Position numbers and translations under genes: made by a program
The notes under the pieces: generated by a model
Databases searched by the model: none
What the model was told of the DNA's origin: nothing
What the model saw: only the letters and a program-made list of their open reading frames with translations
Shown here: positions 37,279 through 45,100 of the stretch, one piece after another
Layout of the letters: each line of letters starts with the position of its first letter
Position numbering within the stretch: the stretch's first letter is position 1
NCBI GenBank assembly: GCA_903822525.1
Contig: CAIJPI010000042.1
Coordinates: forward strand, 10,621-74,620
Direction: 5' to 3'
Length of the DNA: 64,000 bases
Origin: an uncultured Bacteroidales bacterium
GTDB taxonomy: Bacteria > Bacteroidota > Bacteroidia > Bacteroidales > UBA4417

Positions 37279-38536
37279 GGGTCCTATGATTGCAACAGAT
37301 AACGACGGGCAACCCATCTGGAGGTTTTTGCTCAGGGAATTTAAACCAAAAGGCAAAATTCTTACGCCTTTTAATATTATCTCAGTTCCTATCATCATTC
37401 TGGGAGTCATTCTGATTGGTTTCCGTTTCTGGAAAGGGATAGGTGCTATAACAAATCTTTCACAGGAAATACCATGGGGCCTGTGGATAGGATTTGATGT
37501 GGTAACCGGTGTAGCCTTTGCCGGAGGGGCCTATGTAATAACCTTTATGGTCTATATTCTGAATATGCATAAATACCATTCTATAGTAAGGGTCACCGTT
37601 TTAAACGGATTCCTTGCTTACTTGTTTTATGCAGGCGCTTTATTGCTTGACCTTGGGCGTCCGTGGAATGTGATTAATCCTATAATAGGAAATAATTTTG
37701 GCGTAAGTTCGGTATTGTTTCTTGTTGCCTGGCACTTCCTGCTATATATGATAGCACAGCTTATTGAGTTTTCGCCGGCAATTGCTGAATGGCTTGGAGC
37801 CCGGCGTGCCCATAAAATTCTTTCAGGCATGACCCTCGCTGCTGTTATTTTTGGGATAACCTTATCCATGCTCCATCAATCAGGCTTGGGAGCCCTTTAT
37901 CTTATGGCTAAAGAAAAGATACATCCGCTCTGGTATTCAGAGTTTATCCCTGTGATGTTTTTTGTATCCAGTATTTTTGCCGGACTTTCGATGGTGATAT
38001 TTGAAGGGTCTATCAGCCACAAAGTGTTTTCAGATCAGATTAGCACCAAAAGCCATCAGTCGCAACGTGGAATCATTCACGGACTGGCAAAAATATGTAC
38101 AGGAACCCTGTTTGCCTACTTCTTCCTTCAAATGCTGGTTTTTATTCATGGAAAACACTGGGATCTGATCAATACACCTATGGGTTACTGGTACCTGGTT
38201 GAGATGATCGGTTTTGTACTTCTTCCGATGATGCTGTTCTTTTACAGCTATCGAACTAATAGCATCTTACTAATAAGAGTTGCTGCTATCCTGACTATGA
38301 TAGGCGTAGTTTTGAACAGGTTAAATGTTACTATTATTGGATTCAGATGGGATATGCCGGTGCGGTATGTACCATCGTGGATGGAAATAGTGGTTACCCT
38401 GACTGTATTATTCACAGAAATCTGGATTTTCAGATGGGTGATTAACCGCATGCCAGTATTAAGGGAATCCCCAAATTGGGTAAATGAAGAAAATAAAAGT
38501 CAAACCGCTCTTGCAGATGATCATCGGAGAGCATAA
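37271..38536 (+). CDS. NrfD/PsrC/DsrP-family polytopic membrane (quinone-interacting) subunit
   Basis: The ATG at 37271 overlaps the upstream stop (ATGAATAA). The 421-aa protein has at least 8 predicted TM helices and an N-terminal pattern (ITPFNIISVPIIILG...WGLWIGFDVVTGVAFAGG) like NrfD-type anchors. The track start at 37190 would overlap the upstream gene by 89 nt. Confidence 0.8.
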   Translation: MNKGPMIATDNDGQPIWRFLLREFKPKGKILTPFNIISVPIIILGVILIGFRFWKGIGAITNLSQEIPWGLWIGFDVVTGVAFAGGAYVITFMVYILNMHKYHSIVRVTVLNGFLAYLFYAGALLLDLGRPWNVINPIIGNNFGVSSVLFLVAWHFLLYMIAQLIEFSPAIAEWLGARRAHKILSGMTLAAVIFGITLSMLHQSGLGALYLMAKEKIHPLWYSEFIPVMFFVSSIFAGLSMVIFEGSISHKVFSDQISTKSHQSQRGIIHGLAKICTGTLFAYFFLQMLVFIHGKHWDLINTPMGYWYLVEMIGFVLLPMMLFFYSYRTNSILLIRVAAILTMIGVVLNRLNVTIIGFRWDMPVRYVPSWMEIVVTLTVLFTEIWIFRWVINRMPVLRESPNWVNEENKSQTALADDHRRA

Positions 38537-38547
38537 AAATTAACAAA

Positions 38548-39264
38548 ATGGATGGATTCAGTTATTACAACATTTTCGATACAAAAGGAATAGAATATCT
38601 AGCGATCATTGCATTCCTGTTGTTGCTCATTCCTTTCTGGCTTGCATTGAACAGGCAATCCGAAATTAAAGCACAGATCCGAAAAGTTATAGGCGTATTG
38701 TCAGCGGCTGTTTTAAAAATTCCGCAAGGTATTTTTTACAGTAAAAATCATACCTGGGCTTATCTTGAAAGGTCGGGAATTGCCAAAGTAGGTCTTGACG
38801 ATCTGTTGATGCATATTACAGGCGAGGTAGATGTTCGCCATCTCAAGAATCCGGGCGATAGCATCCGTAAAGGTGATTTAATTGCCCATATAGAGCAGGA
38901 TGGAAAATTGCTGAATATTTATTCACCTATTTCCGGAAAGATTCTTGGTTCAAATTCACTTTTAGAATCAAGACAAGAATTGTTGAAGCAGGATCCTTAT
39001 GGAAAAGGCTGGATTTATGATGTTAAACCATCAAAATGGGTAACTGAAATGCCTTCATGTTACCTTGCTGAAGATGCGACTGATTGGATGAAGAAAGAAC
39101 TGGAAAGGTATAAAGATTTTGTAGCAGTAAGCAGCGGGAAATATAATTCGGAAAATTCGATGCCGGTTTTACAGGATGGAGGCGAATTATCTGATAATTC
39201 TCTTTCGGCTCTTCCCGGTGAAAGCTGGAAGGATTTTCAGGACCAATTTTTGACCCCTGAATAA
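38548..39264 (+). CDS. Membrane-anchored glycine-cleavage-H-fold protein (paralog of the C-terminal half of 34672-36357)
   Basis: N-terminal TM helix (LAIIAFLLLLIPFWLAL), then YSKNHTWAYL...KVGLDDLLMHITG...RKGDLIAHIEQDGKLLNIYSPISG...PYGKGWIYDVKP. It shares the C-terminal tail KDF...VLQDGG...W.DFQ..FL with the 561-aa protein. Confidence 0.7.
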   Translation: MDGFSYYNIFDTKGIEYLAIIAFLLLLIPFWLALNRQSEIKAQIRKVIGVLSAAVLKIPQGIFYSKNHTWAYLERSGIAKVGLDDLLMHITGEVDVRHLKNPGDSIRKGDLIAHIEQDGKLLNIYSPISGKILGSNSLLESRQELLKQDPYGKGWIYDVKPSKWVTEMPSCYLAEDATDWMKKELERYKDFVAVSSGKYNSENSMPVLQDGGELSDNSLSALPGESWKDFQDQFLTPE

Positions 39265-39352
39265 ACCTGAAAAAATTTGAGCCTTTTCTAAAAACCGGGT
39301 TTCAGTATTCTGTCTGTTTGGCAGTCCAGATATAAATTTTCACGAAAAATAT

Positions 39353-39386
39353 AAAAAAAACCGGTTATAAATCGCCGGTTTTTTTT
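39353..39386. terminator. Rho-independent terminator candidate after the four-gene operon
   Basis: A8-CCGG-TTATAAATCG-CCGG-T8 hairpin lies 89 nt after the stop at 39264. Confidence 0.55.
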
Positions 39387-39469
39387 ATATTGCGGTTATA
39401 TATATACATGATCGAATATATGCGGGTTTTAAATAGGTCATAATACTGTACTTTAAAAATAAAGGCAAT

Positions 39470-41140
39470 ATGGTTTTATTAAAGACATCAGCAACTAAAA
39501 AGAGCCTCGGCAGTTTATTCAGAGGCAAATACTTGAAATTTGGCCGGTCAATTTATGGTCGTGTTGTATTGATTATCACTATATTATCGGTTTTCCTTTT
39601 TGTTTCCTTTGGTATAATTTTCAAATCGGTTTACGAACAATACCTTAATACCGTTATTCTTCAGAGCGGAAACAATGTAGGTTCACTGGTCGAAGGAGCT
39701 TTGTATCATTCGATGCTCGAAAACGACGAGAGTGCCTTGCAGAATACCCTCGATGTAATTCATACTTTGCCCGGCATTGAGGATGTAAATATGTACGATG
39801 CCTTCGACAGTCTTGTATATTCATCATTCCCTTCCGATACCGAAGGAAACATCAATCCTAATTGCAGAAATTGCCATAAAAATCTTGGTGTTATGTTTCC
39901 AAGGAAGGAAAAAGCGTATAAAATTATTTCTGCGGATAATGAATGTAAGATGAATAAAATCGATCATGGTGAAAGACACCTTTTAATCCGGTCGCCTATT
40001 CTGAATTCGAAATCATGTTACGAAAGTTCCTGCCATGCCCACACTCCGAAAGAAGATGTTCTGGGGTCGCTGGTTATAAAGGTTCCCTTGAAGGATTTTG
40101 ATGCAGCTGTTGAAAAATCTTCACTGGAGTTCTATTTTCTTGCAATTTTAACAACTCTGCTGCTGGCATCATTTTTAATTTTATTTACCCGCAGGGAAAT
40201 TAAAAACCCACTCAATCAACTTATAAAAGCGAGTATAGCTGTTGCAAATGGCGACAAGAGCACCCGGGTTGAAATTAAAAGCAATCAACTCGACGATATG
40301 CGTATGGTGTCAGTGGCATTTAATGATATGCTCGATAATCTGCAGACGGCCACTACAGAATTGGAGAACTGGTCGCAACAACTTGAATATAAAGTACAGA
40401 AAAAATCGGAAGAACTGGGAACGGCTCAGAGTGAGTTAATCCATATTGAACGCTTGGCCTCTCTTGGAAAATTGTCATCCTCGGTGGCACACGAAATTAA
40501 TAATCCTTTGTCGGGAATCCTGGTATACACAAAACTGGTTCATAAACTATTAAGTAATCAGGAACTTACGGAGGACAGGAAGGAATTGATGCTTAAGCAT
40601 CTGAAGATGATTGAATCCGAAACAAAGCGCTGCGGGGAAATAGTAAAAGGATTACTCGACTTCTCGAAAAAAGATCAGGAGGACTTTGAGCCTGTTCACT
40701 TACATGAGATTTTGCATGCAACCTATGACCTGATGTCACATCCGATTAAGATAGCAAATATCAGTTTTCTGACTGATTTTACTGCAAAGTCAGATTTGAT
40801 TTACTGCAGTCCAAACCAGATTAAACAAGCCTGTGTAGCCATTCTGGTTAATTCAACCGAGGCTGTTACCGAAAATGGCGAAATCCTTGTACGAACCTCA
40901 AATCCAGATTCCGACAGCGTCAGGTTTGATATTATTGATAATGGAATAGGTATCTCTGCTGAGGATATTCCGCATATTTTCGAACCTTTCTTTTCAACAA
41001 AACAGCAAGCCAGAGGCATTGGACTTGGTTTGCCGATAGTTCATGGTATCATTCAAAGCCATAAAGGAAAAATACAGGTGAAATCGGAATCCGGACTTGG
41101 TACTACCATTTCGATAACCTTACCATTAATAAGAAATTAA
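39470..41140 (+). CDS. Sensor histidine kinase with periplasmic domain carrying haem-c attachment motifs, HAMP, HisKA, HATPase
   Basis: Two TM helices bracket a roughly 170-aa periplasmic region containing CRNCH (39863-39877) and CYESSCH (40016-40036). HAMP-like LNQLIKASIAVANGD...FNDMLDNL. H-box SSVAHEINNPL. G-boxes DNGIGI...GIGLGL. Confidence 0.85.
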   Translation: MVLLKTSATKKSLGSLFRGKYLKFGRSIYGRVVLIITILSVFLFVSFGIIFKSVYEQYLNTVILQSGNNVGSLVEGALYHSMLENDESALQNTLDVIHTLPGIEDVNMYDAFDSLVYSSFPSDTEGNINPNCRNCHKNLGVMFPRKEKAYKIISADNECKMNKIDHGERHLLIRSPILNSKSCYESSCHAHTPKEDVLGSLVIKVPLKDFDAAVEKSSLEFYFLAILTTLLLASFLILFTRREIKNPLNQLIKASIAVANGDKSTRVEIKSNQLDDMRMVSVAFNDMLDNLQTATTELENWSQQLEYKVQKKSEELGTAQSELIHIERLASLGKLSSSVAHEINNPLSGILVYTKLVHKLLSNQELTEDRKELMLKHLKMIESETKRCGEIVKGLLDFSKKDQEDFEPVHLHEILHATYDLMSHPIKIANISFLTDFTAKSDLIYCSPNQIKQACVAILVNSTEAVTENGEILVRTSNPDSDSVRFDIIDNGIGISAEDIPHIFEPFFSTKQQARGIGLGLPIVHGIIQSHKGKIQVKSESGLGTTISITLPLIRN

Positions 41141-41152
41141 AGCTTTTAAACA

Positions 41153-42487
41153 ATGGAGAAGAAGATATCCATATTAGTTGTTGATGATGAAGAATCTGTT
41201 AGAGATTCACTCAGCCTTTGGTTTGTCGAAGATGGTTACAGGGTCGAATGTGCTGAAAATGCTAAGAAAGCCTTGTCAATTCTTGAATCTGATACATTCG
41301 ATATTATCCTTACTGATTTGAAAATGCCGGGCATGGATGGCCTGGAAATGCTCAGAAGGATAAAGGTATTAAATAAGGATTCGATAATTATTGTTATGAC
41401 AGCTTTTGCAACTGTTGATACTGCTGTTAAAGCACTGAAAGACGGAGCTTTTGACTATGTAACCAAGCCGTTTGACCCCGATGATCTTTCACATCTTATC
41501 AGGAATGCAACCAGGCAGATTACACTTGCCCAGGAGAATGAGACTTTAAAGAAAAGAGTTGATTCATTGGAAAGTGTTGAGGATCTGATCGGAAAAAGCG
41601 AAGCTATAAAAAGGGTTCTGAAGGAGGTTGAAAGTGTGGCTCCAACCAATTCGTCAGTTATTATAACCGGCGAAAGTGGTACAGGCAAAGAGCTTGTTGC
41701 CAGGGCTATACATGCCAATTCGCTGAGAAAATTTTATCCGCTGGTAAGTGTGCATTGCGGTGCTTTAACCGAAAGTTTATTGGAGAGTGAGCTGTTCGGG
41801 CACGAAAAAGGTTCATTTACTGGGGCATTGTATAACCGCAAAGGCAGGTTTGAGATGGCTGACAGTGGAACTATATTCCTGGATGAAATAGCTACAATCT
41901 CAGCAAAGATGCAGGTTGAATTACTTAGGGTTCTCGAAACGAAAAGTTTCATGAGGGTTGGAGGAAATAAGGAAATATCGTCTGATTTCAGGGTGATTTG
42001 TGCAACAAACCGCGATTTAAAAAGTATGGTCGAAAAAGGGACCTTCCGCGAGGATTTGTACTACCGGCTAAATGTGATGAATATTCATGTTCCGCCTTTA
42101 CGCGAGCGTGTGGAAGACATTCCGTTACTGGTCGAATATTTTATCCGGAAATATTGTACTACCATGAACAAGCCAGTCATTACCATTGATCCGGCTGCTT
42201 CAAAGCGTATACTTGCTTACCAGTTTCCGGGAAACATTCGGGAATTGGAGAATATGATTGAACGGGCTATTGTTGTTGGGAATGGTCGGAAAATTGGATT
42301 AGCAGACCTTCCATTTGGTAAGGATGTTATCGAAAGTTCCGTCGAAAGCCTTGAGGATTTTGAAAAGGCATTTATCCTTCAGATCCTTAATAAATATAGC
42401 TGGAATATTTCCCGCACGGCTCAGGCTTTAAAAGTGGATAGGGTGACTCTGTATAATAAGATTAAGAAATACAGCCTGAAGTCATAA
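41153..42487 (+). CDS. Sigma54-dependent response regulator (NtrC family)
   Basis: REC domain (ILVVDDE...DIILTDLKMPGMDG), AAA+ domain (GESGTGKELVARAIH, EKGSFTGAL, FLDEI) and a C-terminal Fis-type HTH (NISRTAQALKVDRVTLYNKIKKY). Confidence 0.92.
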   Translation: MEKKISILVVDDEESVRDSLSLWFVEDGYRVECAENAKKALSILESDTFDIILTDLKMPGMDGLEMLRRIKVLNKDSIIIVMTAFATVDTAVKALKDGAFDYVTKPFDPDDLSHLIRNATRQITLAQENETLKKRVDSLESVEDLIGKSEAIKRVLKEVESVAPTNSSVIITGESGTGKELVARAIHANSLRKFYPLVSVHCGALTESLLESELFGHEKGSFTGALYNRKGRFEMADSGTIFLDEIATISAKMQVELLRVLETKSFMRVGGNKEISSDFRVICATNRDLKSMVEKGTFREDLYYRLNVMNIHVPPLRERVEDIPLLVEYFIRKYCTTMNKPVITIDPAASKRILAYQFPGNIRELENMIERAIVVGNGRKIGLADLPFGKDVIESSVESLEDFEKAFILQILNKYSWNISRTAQALKVDRVTLYNKIKKYSLKS

Positions 42488-42655
42488 TGATTTTAGATTC
42501 CTGATACTAATGTCCGAAAATTAAAGGATGCAAAGAAAAATGAATCCGCCAATTACTACTCTCGGAATACAGGATGAGTTTTCTTTTTGTTCGTGAATGG
42601 TCACTCTCTAATCATTACTGGTTTAAATTAAAACTGAAAATCAGGCTGCCTCTAA

Positions 42656-43189
42656 ATGAATCCTCCAACCATAACACTGTTTACTTTTGGTCATTTCGAA
42701 AGGGGGTTCCTTGAAAGAATTTCAGGGGCTGTTACAAAGGAATATAATTGTAGTGTTGTTATTAAAGAGGCCCATACTGATATCAGTGAATTCTTTGATC
42801 CCGGAAGGAGACAATACAATGGAGATAAATTATTAAGAGAGGTGGACACGTTGCAAGTCCAGGGATCAGCTAAAGTAATAGGGTTGTTTCAGGTTGACCT
42901 TTTTATTCCAATCCTTACATACATATTCGGACAGGCGCAACTGGGCGGGCGCACTGCTATTGCTTCGTTGTACAGGTTAAGCAATGAACGATATGGAATG
43001 AAGGCGGATGATGAACTGTTACTGAATCGTTTCATTAAGGAAGTTATCCATGAACTTGGTCATACTTTTGGATTAATACATTGCCATACAGCAAGCTGTG
43101 TGATGCAGTCGAGTACGTATGTTGAAGATATTGATTTAAAAAACAGCCATCTTTGCAGCAAATGCAGAACTGAGACTGGAAAGGTTTAA
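42656..43189 (+). CDS. Archaemetzincin-like zinc metallopeptidase (M54)
   Basis: HELGHTFGLIHC...CVM...LCSKC: a zincin HExxHxxGxxH motif plus a Cys4-type second site. Confidence 0.8.
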   Translation: MNPPTITLFTFGHFERGFLERISGAVTKEYNCSVVIKEAHTDISEFFDPGRRQYNGDKLLREVDTLQVQGSAKVIGLFQVDLFIPILTYIFGQAQLGGRTAIASLYRLSNERYGMKADDELLLNRFIKEVIHELGHTFGLIHCHTASCVMQSSTYVEDIDLKNSHLCSKCRTETGKV

Positions 43190-43241
43190 TATTATATCTA
43201 TCTGCGCCTTTTTTCTCTTATTTTTACAAAAAAAAACCTGC

Positions 43242-44981
43242 ATGATTAATCGTATTTCATTACTGTGCCTCTTTCTGGCTTTACTGGCTGGCAGTACCCG
43301 TATTTTCGCATGTACTAATTTTATTATTTCGAAAGGCGCCTCCAGCGATCATTCGGTTATGATCAGCTATGCTGCCGATTCACATACACGGTATGGTGCC
43401 ATATCATTCTATCCGGCCGCTGATCACAAACCGGGTGAAATGTGTGAAGTGTATCATTATGAAAATGGCAAACTACTTGGAAGTATACCTGAAGTGCCTC
43501 ATACTTATTCGGTGGTGCAGTTTATGAACGAATACCAGGTAGCTATTGGGGAAACAACTTTTGGCGGTCTCGACTCATTGAGCAGGCAACCTGGTGCATT
43601 TCTGGATTATGGTTCTTTGATGAAAATTGGTCTGCAACGTTCGAAAACTGCCCGCGAACTGATTAAAGTGATAACTGATCTGGTTGCGCAATATGGTTAT
43701 GCATCAGGAGGTGAATCTTTTTCAGTATCCGATGCCAGCGAAGCCTGGATTCTGGAAATGATCGGGAAAGGCAGATATGAAAAAGGAGCAGTATGGGTTG
43801 CGCGTTTAGTTCCGGATGGTTATGTAAGCGGGCATGCAAACCAGGCCCGGATTACAACTTTCCCTTTTCAGGAAATCAACAACTGGAATGATCAAAAGCA
43901 AACAGTTTACCACTCGTCGGATGTTATCAGTTTTTCAAAGAAATACGGCTTCTATAAGGGTAGTGACGAATCATTCAGTTTTTCGGATGTGTATAATCCT
44001 TTAAATTTTGGAGGTGCCCGTTTCTGCGATGCAAGAGTTTGGTCTTTTTTTAGAAAAATCAATAAAGAAATACGTGAGAATCCTGCTTATACCATGTATG
44101 TAAAGGGTGAGTTTTTACACGACAAGGTTTTTATGGATGGCAGTAAAAATCCAAACAGCTTCGTTTCGAACAGACTTCCATTATGGGTAAAGGCTGATGT
44201 GCCTGTTGACCGGAAACTAGTCATGGCAGGTATGCGCGACCATTATGAGAATACGCCTCTTGATATGCGGAATGATCCTGGGGCAGGACCTTTTAAGCTG
44301 CCTTACCGCTGGCGCCCGATGGAATTTGTAGTTGATAGTGTAATGTATCTGAATGAAAGATCCGTTGCAACTCAGCAAACAGGGTACAGTTTTGTGGCAC
44401 AATCGCGCAGTTGGCTGCCAGCACCTATTGGTGGTATTTTCTGGTTTGGAGTCGATGATGCTGATGGTTGCGTATATGCCCCGATATATTGCGGAGTACG
44501 CGAAATTCCAAAAAGTTATGCTGTCGGAAACGGTTCAATGATCACCTGGTCTGAAACATCGGCTTTCTGGACTTTTAGTATGGTGAATAATTGGGCCTAT
44601 AACCGCTATAACCTTATTCATCCGGAGATTGAAGATTACCAGAAAAAATTAGAAGATCAGTTCACCAGTGAAATTGAAATTATTGATAAACAGGCTGTTG
44701 CTCTCTATACACAAAATTCAGGCTCTGAATATGATTACATTACAGGATATTCAGTATATACTGCAAATAAGTTGGTTAGCGACTGGAAGATATTTTTTCA
44801 ATATCTTTTTATGAAGTACATTGATGGAAATGTGAAGAATTCTGAAGGTCATAAACTTCTCGATAACGGAAATGGAAGAAATATCCCGAAAGCTCCTGTG
44901 CAGCCCGGGTATGGCAAGGAATGGGAGCGTATTATGATACAGGGAACAAACGATAGACTAAAAGTCCCTGATAATAAATAG
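43242..44981 (+). CDS. C69 family dipeptidase
   Basis: The signal peptide ends in FACTNFIISKGAS (N-terminal nucleophile Cys). Length is 579 aa. Confidence 0.75.
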   Translation: MINRISLLCLFLALLAGSTRIFACTNFIISKGASSDHSVMISYAADSHTRYGAISFYPAADHKPGEMCEVYHYENGKLLGSIPEVPHTYSVVQFMNEYQVAIGETTFGGLDSLSRQPGAFLDYGSLMKIGLQRSKTARELIKVITDLVAQYGYASGGESFSVSDASEAWILEMIGKGRYEKGAVWVARLVPDGYVSGHANQARITTFPFQEINNWNDQKQTVYHSSDVISFSKKYGFYKGSDESFSFSDVYNPLNFGGARFCDARVWSFFRKINKEIRENPAYTMYVKGEFLHDKVFMDGSKNPNSFVSNRLPLWVKADVPVDRKLVMAGMRDHYENTPLDMRNDPGAGPFKLPYRWRPMEFVVDSVMYLNERSVATQQTGYSFVAQSRSWLPAPIGGIFWFGVDDADGCVYAPIYCGVREIPKSYAVGNGSMITWSETSAFWTFSMVNNWAYNRYNLIHPEIEDYQKKLEDQFTSEIEIIDKQAVALYTQNSGSEYDYITGYSVYTANKLVSDWKIFFQYLFMKYIDGNVKNSEGHKLLDNGNGRNIPKAPVQPGYGKEWERIMIQGTNDRLKVPDNK

Positions 44982-45100
44982 CCTCGGTTGCTGAAGGTTA
45001 TTTATAATTTGTTTTGTTACGTTTCGATCTGCCTCGTTAAAGTAAAAACAACAAACATGGTTTCCTGTTTCAGGAATGAAAACAGAATTAATACTATGCT

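Noticed and set aside
37741-37760. A second TGGCAC hexamer inside the NrfD-like gene, considered as an internal sigma54 promoter.
   Set aside because: No TTGC-like -12 element lies at the correct spacing, and it is inside a coding region. It is judged a chance match.
42540-42596. An 18-codon mini-ORF (MNPPITTLGIQDEFSFCS) upstream of the archaemetzincin gene. Its first 13 nt match that gene's start at 12 of 13 positions (ATGAATCC[G/T]CCAA).
   Set aside because: The similarity is very short and decays immediately. It could be a small 5' duplication remnant or chance. There is no support for a leader-peptide function.
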